Origin: Eledone cirrhosa
Taxonomy: Eukaryota
Reading direction: 5' to 3'
Assembly: GCA_964016885.1 (NCBI GenBank)
Contig: OZ024743.1
Coordinates: 227,602,001 to 227,666,000, forward strand
Length of the DNA stretch: 64,000 nt
Below, piece after piece: positions 23,939 to 43,334 of this stretch. A program made the translations under genes and the position numbers. Below the pieces are notes generated by a model. The model was not told where the DNA came from. It saw only the letters and a list, made by a program, of their open reading frames with translations, and did not search any database. Numbering within the stretch: position 1 is the stretch's first letter; every line of letters begins with the position of its first letter.

Positions 23939-26900
23939 AGATAGATAGATAGATAGATTTCTTTATTTGCCACAAGGGCGCACAAGAAAAGGGGACAATA
24001 CAAAGACATGCCGGGGATTTTACATACAGTCGTGTAAAATATATAAAACAAACAATTATAACAATCGAAATCCCCAATAGGGGGAAGCGCCACAAATGGG
24101 TTGTTTAATACCCCGTCGATAGAACAATCCTCAACTTCAGCGTGTTGTGCAAGTGCTCCTTTCTTCCTTTTGCTCTCTTTTTTAACGTACAGGCTTATAA
24201 GCAGAGAAAGCCCAATCACTCGGGCCATTTTTGCCACATTCACCCACCTTTCAGTAAATTTACTGGGGTACAGTGCCTCTCTCTCCACTCTGATTCTCCT
24301 TCTAAAGTGATACATAAAGAAGGGAATCAATTGTTGTCCAGAGAGAAAGGCATCTCTCCTCAGTCCTCTCAATCTCGTCCACCATATAACTTCTTTCACT
24401 GTACAGAGGAAAACCGCCTCTCTTTCGTTTTTGAAAGAGGCTGGCGGTTTGATCCTTACTATGGACTTGGCAGTCAACTGGATTTGTCCCATACGCGACA
24501 CCAGTTGTTCTGCATAGTTCCACAGGTCGGTTACGCCCAGGCAGTGTACAATTGCGTGCAGGACGGTTTCAATGTCCTGCGCGCATCTTGGACACGTCCT
24601 CTTGGGAGGATCCCTGCCGGGCGTCCGTGCCTCTAGATCTTGTCACGAACCGGTAGAACTCCTCGGTAACACTGCCAGGCCAGGGACCTCCGGAAGTTGT
24701 CCATAGGTCCCGGGCGGAAAGTCCTACCAAACAGACTGGTCAGCTCATCGTCGTCGACGCCCATAGTCTCTCCGAGCACGTCGTCGCCCTTGTAACGTAC
24801 AATCCCTCTATAGAATGTCGAAGTGGAGTCTCCACTGATTGCTGTGCCCGCTTGCCAGAGGACTGAGTGCCTGAGCGCATTCAATGTGCCAGGCGCCCAT
24901 CGTTTTCGACCCAGGACTTCAGCTCCGACAGCGAGACGAGCTGCGGAAAAGCCTGTCTCAAAAACGGTGCCCACACCGGTTGGGGGTCGGTGAGGAATAT
25001 CTGGAGATGCCGGAGCCTCAGCGCATGTTTCCGCATCATCAGCCACGGCATTCCCAGCCCCCCGTTGGAAGGGTGCTGACAGCAGACGGATCTCCTCACC
25101 AGCAGAGCCTGCTTCTTCCACAGAAACTGGAAGAGCATGCGTTCCATCTTGGCGAGGTATTCACGGGGACAAGGCACGACAGTCAAGCGGTAGTAGATGA
25201 CGGACGCTATGAAAGTGTTCGCCACCTCCGCTCGACCTTTCAAGGACAGTTTGCACACTGCCCATTTCTGGGTGAGTGCAAACACCTTGGCCGTGACCTC
25301 GTTCCAGTTTTTCTCCACCTGGAGGTCTGGACCGAACCGGACCCCGAGCAATTTCACCGATCCGTCCGTCCAGCGTCCAACGACGCTGTCGGACGTCATC
25401 GGTTTGCCTCTCCACGTACCAAGTTGCAAACCGTCAGACTTGTCCGGGTTTAGTTTTGCTCCCGTCAGGGTTTCGTATTCTTTCAGTAAGTTGCCGATCA
25501 CCCCGATTTCCGAGGTGCTCGACACCATTACCGTCACGTCGTCGGCATAATCTGTCCCGGTTCTAGAGGGATGCCCTGCAACAGCGCCAATTTCCGCAGT
25601 AGTGGCTCTAGAGTCAATACAAACAGAATGGAGGAGAGAGGGCACCCCTGTCGAGTGGAACGCATGATTGCGAACGGCTCCGACAGGTAGCCGTTCACCT
25701 TGACCTTCGCGCAGATGCTGGTGTGCATTGCCTCGATCCAGCCTCTGATAACGGGACCGAAACCGGCCGCCTTGAGAACCGCTACCAAGTATCGATGGTC
25801 GACCCTATCAAATGCCTTAGACTGATCCAAATTGATCAGAGCCCCACCGAAGACCGGTTTACTACCCACCATCTCTATGATGTATAGCATGAGGTAGAGG
25901 TTGTCGTGTATGGACCTGGTCGGGATTGCACACGATTGCGCTTTCCCTACCAGGTTCTCGACGACAAGCGCCAACTTCGTGGCTAGCACCTTGGCCAAAA
26001 TCTTTAACTTTGTGTTGAGCAAAGTTATGGGCCTGAAGTTTGTAATTTCGTCCCCCTTGTTCTCGTCTTTCCTGATCAGCGTTACTACGCCCTTGCCTGC
26101 AGAACTGGGAATTCTCCCGTTCTGCTGCCAATTGCAGTAGACGGCTTCGGGGACGCCAGAGAACAAGTCCGGCATGCCCTATGTAAAACTCATAGGGTAG
26201 ACCATCTAGACCGGGTGACTTGCGTTTCTCGCAGCGACCCAGAGCGTCCCGTATCTCAGTGTCCGTGATCGGTCTTTCGCAGAACTCGGCGTCCGTGTTC
26301 GAGAGACGCGGCAGACCGTCGAGGTATGAACTAAAGTCCATTACCCCGTTCAGCTCACCGTCGTTCTGCTCAAACAGTCACTCAAAGTGCTGCTGAAAGC
26401 ACAATCGAGGACTTTTTGCCACTGTTTGCCTCCGCCACTCGGGCCCAGCTGACAGCTTTTACTCCTTCGTTTCCTAGAGCACGTGTTTTGCTTCTGCGAA
26501 GAACTGGCTCCAGTGCCGTTTTCGACGCTAACACTCTAGCTACGTTGCCACTTCTAAGTGCCTACCTTGGCTACTAGTTCTCTTCTTATTTTGTTTTTCT
26601 CTAAGGCTAACTCCCTGCTAAACCCTATCGATTCTACTCTAATTGCTTTCTTGAGAGAGTACGACCATCCATTATTGACGATGGCTCCCGTTAACTGTTG
26701 CTTGACTAGTCTACTTATCCGTTCACTGTAAGCTTTACGCGCCGGCAACGACACGTTCAGCTTCCAGTATCCGGGTCCCTATCTATGTGTTCTGTCACGG
26801 TTGACTATGCAGACGACTAATTTGTGATCTGACGAGGCAACCCTGTGCATTTGTGGACAGCTTAACATCTCCTTGTCCATTTCTCTAATGAAGAACCTAT

Positions 26901-29621
26901 CTAAATACGATCTAGATATCCCCCTGCTGTTTGACCACGTCCACTGTGGTGCAGTCGGGAAATCCAGTCGATACCTATCGTCCAGTTGGAATTGGCCGAT
27001 TAAAGTTTTGAGGCGGTTGCACCCTCCTCTACTGGGACATGCTCCCACATAGTCCCATCGTGCATCTAGGATACCATTCCAGTCCCCCACTAAAAGTAAG
27101 GAGCGAGACGTTCCCAGAAAAGACTCGAGATGCTTAAAGAAGTCTGGCCGTGATTGCGATTGCCCGGTCGGGGCATAAACGGCCACCAGTCTAAAGGCTC
27201 CACCTCCAATACTGTTCACGTCTAGGACTACCAGTCTACCCTCCGGGTCCAAGTGTACTTGCTGTACTTCGACGTCCAGGTTCTTCCGAAACATGACAGC
27301 CACTCCCCTCCACCTCCTGGCTGACAGAGAGATGCGTAGATCTTAAAGTCGTCGAAGATGGGGGTTAGTTGCTGCCTGTTGTGGATCCTGGACTCGGTGA
27401 TGGCTATCACATCCATACCGTGTGACCTAAGATCGTTTAAAAGTTAGCCCTTTTTCCAAGGCATGCCTAGGCCACGCACATTCACGGTTCCAACTCGTAA
27501 ACCAGCCATGTTGGTGGAGAAGAGTTGGCGAAAAGGACGAACAGGTGCACTTACCTTTTCGTTTCCTGGAGATCGGGTTGTTCAATCTCCATTTCAGTTC
27601 TGGTGGGGGATGGCGGTGGGGTGGGGAAACATTTTAATAAGACGCGGTTAATAGGTTTTTGACAGGGTTTGTCAACATCCTGCGAAAACTTCTTTCAATT
27701 TTTGATAGCTTTCTATCGAAACTCTTATTAGTTTTAGGTATGGAGACGATCCTACTTTGACGAAAGTTTTGCCCTCCGTCTCCACCTTGGGGTTTTGGGA
27801 GTTGATCTCCATCAAACACTTGTTTTTTGTGTTGTTGTATGCGTATTGTTGTTTTTGTTTTTGTTGTGTTGTTTTAGTTTGTTGTTCGTCCGGGAGTTTT
27901 CTTTTTATGGTGGGTGCTTGTCTTTGGGTGGTGTTGGTGTTGGTTTTGCTGGTAGGGGGATGTTTGACTGTGGTGTTGTTTGTGTTGTTGCTTGTGTCTG
28001 TGGTTTTGTGTAGGTGTTGGTGATTGGAGTTTTGTGGGTTTTGTGGTGTCTCTTTTTTTGTTTTTTAGATTTCTGAGGCTCTCCTTGACTTAAAGAAGGA
28101 GAAGCAGCCTCCTCTGTCGTTGAATAATCATCGTCAGGAGTGTGGGGTAGGAGTATGTTGTGTGGTGGTGGTGTGTCGGTGTGTATGTTTGTGGTAGTGT
28201 TTGATGGAGTGGGATGGGGTGTGGCTGTGTTGTTCAGGGGTGGTGTCTGTATTTTTTCTGTTGTTGTTGGTTGAGTGGCTGTTTGTTTTGGTGTGTTTGC
28301 TCGTTTCGTCTGTTGTTGTGCCTGTGGTGGTGGTTGTTTCGGTGTTGGTGTTGGTAATAGTGTTTTTTTAATGATGTTGTTGTGGTATGTTTGTGAAGGA
28401 CAGGGGGCCTTAAGGTGTGTTGTGCTACCACAGCGAAAGCAATGAAGTTTACGCCTCTCCACCGAAATGTTTATGTTGCTGTTGTCGTCGATGACGACTT
28501 TTTCGGGTATTTTGGAGATTCTCTCTGGCCTCATCTGCATCAGAATCTCCAAATCAGTTCCCGCCCACCTTTGTCTAATAGACTTTAGTATCGAAAGAAT
28601 AGCACAAGATTCTGGCTCCACGAAGCCAGATGTTAATGTTTGGTGGTATATATATATTTTTTTTGTGTCCTTTTTCCCATGTACATAGGGAAAAAGGTGA
28701 ATGCTTTTGACACCATTGGTGCGAGTGCTTCGCTTTTAAACAGTACGGAAATACTTCCGTGCTGTTTTCCTCGTTGAAGAAAGTCAATATTTTCTAGAGT
28801 CTCCTTCAAGGTGGCTTCTATGTCTCCTTGACTCCCAAATATTGGCTTTCTTGTTGTGTTTGAGACAGTCCTGAAGGCCACTGTCCTTCGAATTGTCACT
28901 TCTTTTATTTCGAGGGGTGAGTTGATTTTAAACACACCCTTGTCTTCGAAAGTTACACATTTTCTCCCTTGCTGGAGCATATCTATTTCATTGGAGTTGT
29001 CAAGATTTATAAAATCTTGTTTTATGTTCACTGTTTCAGCGAAAGACATTTTTTTGTGGTGTTGCTGTTGTTGTTGTTGTTGTTATCGTTGTTAGCCTCG
29101 GTGTTGGAAAACGCAATTTCTTGACGAAGTGAAACTTTATGTGTAGATGTATCTATGGAGTTGTTGTTGTTGTCTTTTTCATGTGTATGTATATTAATAG
29201 GTTTAATTCCTGTTTTTTCCTGTGTGGTATTTTTCTCCGCTTCGATGGGAGAAATTTTAAAATCTTCAAGTGCTAATATTATTTTTTTCTCTTTGTTGAC
29301 AGTCGTATCCATGGCGATGTCCATAGTGGCAGAAGCAGATATAACGTTAATATCTGCCTCTCTACCTCTTTCTCTCTGTCGACGTTCTCTAGCGTTCTTT
29401 CCGAGCTATTCATGTATTATACTTGGCAAAACTTGATTTTTTAAAACAATTTTTAGATTAAATTTGTGCACTTAAAGAGGCGAAAAAAACGATTACCACC
29501 CAGCTCAAACTTCAACTTGTGTCATTAGTCTACAAAATGATATGTTTTTTCAAATAATTAGTTCAGTTTTTTGTATAGAAATTTACAAAAAAACTTACCA
29601 GCGATGTTCCACACGTCAGGC
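23939..29621 (-). mobile_element. Tx1-like LINE copy 4: full-length, decayed, distinct subfamily
   Basis: ORF1 fragments 27551-29324 (CFRCGSTTHLKAPC). ORF2 fragments about 24188-27509 with frameshifts. Both ends in (TATC)n. Confidence 0.93.
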
Positions 29622-34998
<5,377 letters not shown>

Positions 34999-35014
34999 GA
35001 TAGATAGATGAATG

Positions 35015-35094
<80 letters not shown>

Positions 35095-35388
35095 TGTTTC
35101 TTTTATTTGCCACCAGGGCATCAAAAGTGGGACAAGTACAATGGGGGGAGTTTACAAAACAAGGCGTCCTCAATAGGGAGGAGGCAATAACAATATATAA
35201 AAATAAAATAAAATATAACAAAAAATAGAATTATAACAAAATCCTCAATAGAGGATTTTGTTATAAAATATAACAAAAAATAAAATTTATAACAAAATCT
35301 TCAATAGAGAGGAGGCGCCTTGGGGGGTCGCACACACCCCCGAAAAAAGTGTGCAACCCTTTTCCTCAGGAGCACAGAGAGGGGGTGC
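34999..35388 (-). mobile_element. Tx1 copy 6: 3'-UTR-only insertion with (TATC)n tail
   Basis: Near-identical to 19745-20038; both junctions in (TATC)n. Confidence 0.88.
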
Positions 35389-36080
35389 AGATAGATAGAT
35401 AGATAGATAGATAGATATGTTTCTTTTATTTGCCACCAGGGCATCAAAAGTGGGACAAGTACAAGGGGGGAGTTTACACAAAAAGGCGTCCTCAATAAGG
35501 AGGAGGCAATAACAATATATAAAAATAATATATAACAAAAAATAAAATTTATAACAAAATCCTCAATAGAGAGGAGGCGCCTTGGGGGGTCGCACACACC
35601 CCCGAAAAAAGTGTGCAACCCTTTTCCTCAGGAGCACAGAGAGGGGGTGCTCCCTCGTTCCTTCCTCTTTTCCACCTACAGGCTTATGTAAAGAGAAGGC
35701 CCATTCACACGGGCCATTCTCGCCACTTTCACCCACCTTTCATAAAAACGACTGGGGTGGAGCACCACTCTCTCCATCCTGATCCTTCTTCCGAAATGAT
35801 ATCGGAAGAAACGGACCAGTTGTTGGCCAGAGAGAAAGGTGCCTGACCTCAGTCCTTTCAGACGCGTCCACCATATAACCTCTTTCGCCATGGCTATTAC
35901 GCACAGAAACACCGCCTCTGCTTCATCTTTGAAGGGGGGAGGCGGCTTGATCATTACAATAGACTCGGTGGTCAATCGGATCGGTCCCACGCTTGACAGC
36001 AGTTGTTCGACATAGTCCCACAGATCGGCTACGCCCGAGCAGTGTACCAATGCGTGTGCAACGGTTTCCTCGTCGCACAC
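35389..36080 (-). mobile_element. Tx1 copy 7: 5'-truncated (ORF2 C-terminus + 3' UTR)
   Basis: ORF 35676-36080 nearly identical to the copy 3 C-terminus; both junctions in (TATC)n. Confidence 0.9.
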
Positions 36081-37930
36081 AGATAAATAGATAGATAGAT
36101 AGATTGATAGATAGATAGATAGATAGACAGATAGATAGATACATTTCTTTATTTACCATAAAGGCATAAAAAGAAGGGACAAATACAAAGGGGGAGTTTA
36201 CATATAATCGAGTAAAAAGGGTGTAACGCGAAAATAATCGAAAATATCCTCAAAAGGGAGGGGACGTGATGGGGGTTGCACACACCCCCGAAAAAGTGTG
36301 CAATCCTTTGCCCGGGGAGCACATGGAGAAGGTGTTCCCCTCTCCTTTACTTCTTTACCTACAGGATGGTATACAGAGAAGGCCCATTTACACGAGCCAT
36401 TCTCGCCACTATCACCCACCTTTCATAAAACTGCCTGTGGCCAAGCACCTCTCTCTCCATTCTTATCCTTCTTCCGAAGTGATATCGGAAGAAGTAGACC
36501 AGACTATGGCCAGAGAGGAAGTTGCCTGACCTCAGACCTTTCAATCGTGTCCACCAAACAACCTCTTTCAACATGGCTATTACGCACAGAAAAACCGCCT
36601 TTGCTTCCTTTGTGAAGAGGGGAGGCGGTTTGATTGTCATCACGGACTCGGCGGTCAATTTAATCGGCGCCACCCGCGACAGCAGTTGTTCGGCGTAGCC
36701 CCACAGATCAGCCACGCCCGGACATTGCACCAATGCGTGCGCTACGGTTTCTTCGTGACGCACGCATCTAGGGCAAATCTTTTTTGAGGGATCCCTGCCC
36801 GGGCGCCCGTGTCTGTAGAGCCTCTCTCGAACGGGTAGAGCCCCTCGGTAGCACTGCCAGGCCAGTGACTTCTGGAAGTTGTCCATTGGTCCTGGGCCGA
36901 AAGTCCTACCGAACAGGCTGGCCAGTTCGTCTTCTTCCATGTCCAGCGACTCTCCAAGGGTGTCATCGCCCCTGCTAGCCACCAGCCCTCTATAGAATGA
37001 TGAGGTGGATTCTCCACCGATGGCCCGGCCCGCTTGCCAGAGAGCCCTGAGCGCCTGAGCACACTCAGTGTGCCAGTCTCCCAGTTTTCCGGATCTTTGC
37101 TTGACCCAGGACTGTAGCTCGGTGAGTGAGACGAGTCTCGGAAAGGCTCGTTTCACGAACGGAGCCCACACCGGTTGACCAGTGAGGAATACCTGTAGGT
37201 GCCGTAGCCTTAATGCGTGCCTACGCATCATCAACCACGGCATCCCCAGCCCTCCTTTCGAAGGTTGTTGGCAGCAGATGGATCTTCTCACCATAGGAGG
37301 ACGCTTCTTCCAAAGAAATTGGAAGAGCATGCGTTCCATGGTGGTGAGTGTTTCCTTAGGGCAAGGCACGACAGTCAGGCGGTAGTAAGTGACGGACGCT
37401 ATGTAAATGTTCGCCACCTCCGCCCGGCCTTTTAGGGACAGCTTACACTTGGCCCATTTCTGGGTTAGTGCAAACACCTTGTTCGTAACCTCGTTCCAGT
37501 TCTTTTCCACCTGGAGGTCCGGTCCAAACCAGACCCCAAGCAACTTTACCGGGCCCTCCGTCCAGTGTCCGACGACACCGTCAGGAGGCATCGGTTTGCC
37601 TCTCCACGTTCCGAGTTGCAGCCCGATGGATTTTTCCCGGTTCAGTTTCGCTCCTGACAACCTTTCGTACTCCTCCAGTAAGGTACCGATCGCCTCGATC
37701 TCCGAGTCGGTTGATACCATTACTGTTACGTCATCGGCGTAGGCCGACACCGCTTTGCTCAATCCTGGTTCCAGGGGGATACCCTGCAACAACTCCAACT
37801 TCCTCAGTAAAGGCTCGAGAGTCAATACGTACAGAAGGGAGGAGAGAGGGCACCCCTGTCGAATGGATCGTGTGATTTCGAACGGCTTCGAAAGGTAGCC
37901 GTTCACCTTGATCCTAGAACAGATGTGGTT
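36081..37930 (-). mobile_element. Tx1 copy 8: 5'-truncated, open RT-to-C-terminus reading frame
   Basis: RQGCPLS, YADD, zinc finger, stop at 36359, tail 36081-36140. Confidence 0.92.
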
Positions 37931-39013
37931 GCTATTAATAAAATAACAAATAACAATTGAAATCCCCAATAGGGGTGAGGCGTTACACAGGTGTTGTACA
38001 CACCACGAAAAAATGTACAACACTCATCTCCAGGAGCACCAAGAGTGAGTATTCCCTTCCTCTCTTCCTCTTTTTCCTCAACATGCAGGCATATATAGAG
38101 AGAAGGCCCAACCAATCGAGCCATCTTTGCCACATTCACCCACCTTTTATAAAATGTGCTGGGGTACAGCACCTCTCTCTCCATCCTGATTCTTCTTCCA
38201 AAATGATATTTGAAAAAACGAATCAGTTGCTCACCGGAGAGAAAGGTTTCTGACCTCAGCCCTTTTAACCTCGTCCACCATATAACCTCTTTCACCATAG
38301 CCATAACACAAAAACCTCGTTTTTGAAGGAGGATGGAGGTTTCATCATGACAATGGACTCGGTGGTCAACTGGATTGGTCCCACCTGCGACAATAGTCAT
38401 TCTACATAGCCCCACAGGTCGGTAACGCAGGGGCAGTGTACAAAAGCGTGCGCGACGAGGAAACCGTCGCGCACGCATGTCGGACAGATCTTTTTCGAAG
38501 GGTCCCTGCCCGGTCGCCCATGTCTGTAGAGCTTGTCTCGAACGGGTGGAGCTCCTCGGTAGCACTGCCAGGCCAGCGACTTTTGGAAGTTGTCCATCGG
38601 TCCCGAGCGGAATGTCCTACCGAACAGACTGGCCAGTTCGTCCTCCTCTACGCCTAGAGTTTCTCTGAGCGTGTCGTCTCACTTGCTGCGGACCAATCCT
38701 CTAATGAATGTCGACGTGGAGTCTCCACTGATCGCCGGGTCCGTTTGCCAGAGGACTGTGAGCGCCTGAGCACATTCGATGTGCCAGTCGCCCATTTTCT
38801 TCGGTCTTTGCTTGACCCAGGACTGCAGCTCTGTCAGCAAGATGAGTCGCGGGAAGGCTCGCCTCACGAACGGGGCCAACACCGGTTGTCTGGTGAGGAA
38901 TACGTGGAGGTGCCGCAGCCTGAGCGCGTGTTTGTGAATCCTCAGCCACGGTATCTCCAACCCTCCGTTTGAAGGGTGTTGGCAGCAGATGGATCTTCTC
39001 ACCAAAGGAGCCC
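37931..39013 (-). mobile_element. Tx1 copy 9: 5'-truncated, 3' terminus replaced by copy 8
   Basis: ORF2 C-terminal fragments and a partial 3' UTR similar to copy 2; 5' junction in (TATC)n at 39013. Confidence 0.88.
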
Positions 39014-39073
<60 letters not shown>

Positions 39074-39697
39074 TGTTTCTTTATTAGCCACAAAAGAAGG
39101 GGACAAATACAAAGGGGGAAGTTTACATACAATAAAAACGTGTAAAATGTTATCACAAATGCAATTTAAAAAGTTAGTCGATTTTCCCCAATAGGGGGGG
39201 GGGACAGTTTATATGGGTAACACATACCCCCGAAAAAATGTGCAACCCTCATCTCCAGGAGTACGAAGAGTTTGTACTCCTTTCCTCTCCTCCTCCTTTT
39301 CCTCAACCTACAGGCTGATATAGAGAGAAGGCCCATTCACTCGGGCCATTCTCGCCACTTTCACCCACCTTTCATAAAACTTGCTGGGGTACAGCACTTC
39401 TTTCTCCATCCTGATTCTTCTTTCAAAGTGGTATTTGAGAAAAAGACTCAGTTGTTGGCCGGAGAGAAAGGTGTCTGACCTCAGCCCTTTTAACCTCGTC
39501 CACCATACAACATCTTTCGCCATAGCTATCACATAAAGGAAAACATCCTCTCCTTCGTATTTGAATGAGGGTGGCGGTTTGATCATGACAATGGACTCGG
39601 TGGTCAACCGGATTGGTCCCACCCGTGACCATAGTCGTATTTGTCCCCTTCTTTTGTGCCCCTGTGGCTAATAAAGAAACATATCAATCTATCTATC
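39014..39697 (-). mobile_element. Tx1 copy 10: short 3' fragment with an inverted 3' terminus (39637-39697) at its 5' side
   Basis: ORF 39308-39622. Plus-strand GCCCCTGTGGCTAATAAAGAAACATATC(AATC)(TATC)n at about 39657-39697. Confidence 0.85.
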
Positions 39698-42494
39698 GAT
39701 AGATAGATCGATAGATATGTTTCTTTTATTTGCCACTAGGGCATCAAAAGTGGGACAAGTACAAAGGGGGGAGTTTACACAAAAAGACGGGACCGAAGCC
39801 GGCCGCCTTGAGAACTGCTTCCAAGTATTGATGATCGACCCTATCAAATGCCTTAGACTGATCTAAATTGATCAGAGACCCACCGAAGCCAGGTTTACAC
39901 CCTACCCTCTCTATGATATATCGCATGAGGTGGAGGTTGTCGTGTATGGACCTGGTCGGGATTGCACACGTTTGGGTTTCCCCTACCAGGTTCACGACGA
40001 CAAGCGCCTGCCTTGCTGCTAACACCTTGACCAAAATCTTTAACTCTGTGTTGAGCAGAGTTATGGGCCTGAAATTGCTTATCTCGTCTCCCTTGTTCTC
40101 ATCTTTCCTGATCAGCGTTACTACGCCTCTGCCTACCGAACTGGGAATCCTCCCGTTCTGCTGCCAGTTGCAGTAGACCGCTTCGAGGACGCCAGAGAAC
40201 AAGTCTGGCATGCCTATGTAAATCTCATAAGGCAGACCATCTAAACCGGGTGATTTGCGTTTCCCGCAGCGGCCTAGGGCATCTTCTATTTCGCCTGCTG
40301 TGAACGGCCTTTCGCAGCTCTCCGCATTAATGCTCGAGAGTCGCGGTACACCGTCGAGGTAGGAGCTGAAGTCCATCACTTCGCTAAATGTACCGCTTTG
40401 CCCGAACAGTTGTGCAAAATGCTGCTGGAAGCCGTGCACATCTGCTTGGATTCAAGTATAATGCGTCCATCTTTGCCTTGCGAAGACCGAATTGTGGATT
40501 TTCACCTCTGCCACTCGGGCCCAGCTAACAGCTTTGGCTCCCTCGTTTCTTAGAGCACGTGTTCTACTTCTGACAATACAATCTTCGTGTTTCACGTTGA
40601 AGAACTGGTCTAGTGCCGTTCTCGCCGCTAGCACGTCAGCTGTACTGCCATTCCTAAGTGCCTCTTCTATTTTAGCTACCGGTTCCTTTTCAGTTTTGTT
40701 TTTTTCTAAAGCTACTTCCTTGCTAAATGCTATCGATTCTATTCTAATTGCTCTCTTGAGAGAGCTCCACCACCTGTTGTTGACGATCGGCCCCGTCAAC
40801 TGGCACTTAACTAAGGTGGTAATCCGTTTACTGTAGGCCTTACGCGCCGGAAGCGACATGTTTAGCTTAGAGTATCCGGGTCCCTGTCTATGTATTCTAT
40901 CAAGGTTGACTAGGCATGTGACTAATTTGTGGTCTGAATAGGCAACCATGTGCATTTGTGGACAGCTTAATGTTTCCTTATCATTCTGTCTAATTAAAAA
41001 TCTATCTAAATACGATCTAGAAGACCCAGTGCGGTTGCTCCACATCCACAGTGGTGCACCTGGGAAGTCTACTCGATATCTATCTGCCAGTTGGAATTGG
41101 CTGATGAGATTTTTGAGGCTATTACACCCCCCTCTATTATCACAAGCACCTACATATTCCCAACGTTCTTCTAAGATGCCATTCCAGTCCCCCGCTAACA
41201 CTAAGGAGCGAGACGTTCCCAGGAATGGCTCCAGACGCTTGAAGAACTCTGGTCTCGATGTCCCAGTCGGGCATATACGGCCACCAGTCTGAAAGCTCCA
41301 CCTTCACTACCATTCACGTCCAGGACCACCAGGCTGCTCTACGGGTCCAAGTGAATCGTCTGTATTTTGAGATCCAAGTTTTTTCGAAACAGAACAGCAA
41401 CTCCCCCTCCACCTCCTGGCTGACAGAGAGATGCGTAGATCTCAAAATCATCGAACATGGGGTGTTAGCTGCTGCTTGTCGTGAATCCTGGACTCGGTGA
41501 TGGCTATCACATCTATACAATGTGACCTGATTCTCATTGAAAAGCTGGCCCTGTTTCCAGGACATGCCCAGCCCACGTACATTCAAACATCCAGCTTGTA
41601 TAGTCGCCATGTTGGTGAAGAAGAGTTAAGGAGAGAAAAGGCAGGAACACTTACCTTTTCGTTTCCTGGAGGTCGGGTTGTTAGATCTCCATGTCCAGAT
41701 TGGTGGTGTTTGGGGAGGGAGGGAATCCTTTTAGCAGGACACGGTTAAGGGGCTTTTGGCAAGGATGGGGGGGGGGCACACATGTGGGGAGTTCTCTTTT
41801 AAAGTTTCATACTGTAGGGTTGTTACCCTGATAAGTCTGAGGTTTGGGGTGGGTCGTTGGTGGGGAAAGTTTTCCCCTCCGTTTGTATTGTGGGGTCCTT
41901 TCGGACAGTTTCCACCAGTTCTTTGTTTCTTGTTTTTATGTATGTGTAGTGTGTTTTGTTTTTATGTGTACTGTTTCTGTTTGTAGTTTTCTTTTTGTGG
42001 TTGGGGTTTGTGATTGTGGTGGTGTGGGTGTTTGTTTTGTTGGTGAAGTGTTTGGTTGTGTTGGTGGTGATTGTGTTGTTGGTGTGTTTGTCGTTTGTGG
42101 CGGCGTCTTTATGGTGGGGTTGGGTGTGTGCGTGTTTTCTGTAGATGTTTTTGTGTCTTTTTTGTGTCTTTTTTTTTAAGGATTTTTGGAGTTCCTCTTC
42201 ATTCTCACTTGGAGATGAAGAGGTTCCCGTGTCTGAAACTTCTGAATCAGGGGTAGATGGGAGGGGTATGTTGTTGGTGGAGTGTTTGTGCAGGTGTTTG
42301 TGGAAGTATTTGACAGGGGGGGAGGGCAATGGAGGGTTTTTCAGTGGGATTTTGTGTGTGGTTGTCTCTGGTCTGTGGTGGTGTGGGAGTGGATGTTGCA
42401 GGTTTTTGTGTTGTGTTTGGTTTGGAGTGATGATGTTGGGGTCATGGTGTTAGTAATAACACCTTGTTTGCCCTCGGTTTGTTTAAGAGAGGGC
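39698..42494 (-). mobile_element. Tx1 copy 11: ORF1 3' part, ORF2 EN to early RT, joined to a 3' tip (39698-39786)
   Basis: Close to copy 1 in shared regions. ORF2 ATG 41610. The 5' junction is in the degenerate GATA tract 42495-42580. Confidence 0.9.
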
Positions 42495-43217
42495 AGATAG
42501 ATAGACACATATATAGACAGATAGATGGATAGGTAGGTATGAAAATAGGTAGCTAGGTTCGTAGATAGAAAAATAGATAGAGAGAGTTTTAATATTCAAA
42601 GATGACTGTCAAACGTATTCTTCTTGCATTTGTTTGAAGGTTATGTTTTCGTGAATAAAGAACCAATATTCCTTGTATTGAATTATATCTATGTATGTTT
42701 ATTACTTACCCTGAGTCAGTCTACAGATAACCTTATGTTACATAAATAGGTAACATCGATGTATTTTTTGTCGGGAAGTGAGTGGAGACGCTGTTGGTTA
42801 AATGTATAACGTCTTCTCCGGTTAACAAGGGGTTTTGACGAAAATGACGATCGTAGTTTAGCAAGGGGAGAAAGAATAGCAAAATACTGAAAAGTAGACG
42901 TATGAAAATAAGGAAAGGTGCGTCAGAAGCGTGAAAAGCGGAGCGAGCTGAGACTGAGAAGAAGAAAAATAGAAAATGGAAATGGAAAAGAGAGCAGTGA
43001 ATAGTTCATCATTTTAGAGATATTAGAGTAAGATAAGGTGAATGAGGTGTAAACGTGTGGGTGGAGAGAAGGGAAAGGGTGGGGCAGGATGACACACAAA
43101 CGGGAAAGGGAATAGAGAGTGAGAATCCAGGTGGAGTGATACGGAATGAAGAAGGAGGTAAACAATTTGGAGAGTGCCACTCACTCACATATATATACAC
43201 ACACAAACTCACCCAGA

Positions 43218-43248
<31 letters not shown>

Positions 43249-43249
43249 A

Positions 43250-43334
<85 letters not shown>

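Noticed and set aside
23527-24501. 324-aa ORF spanning two elements
   Set aside because: Chance read-through: copy 4's ORF2 stop is mutated (TAC) and the frame crosses the UTR and TATC tail into copy 3 ORF1.
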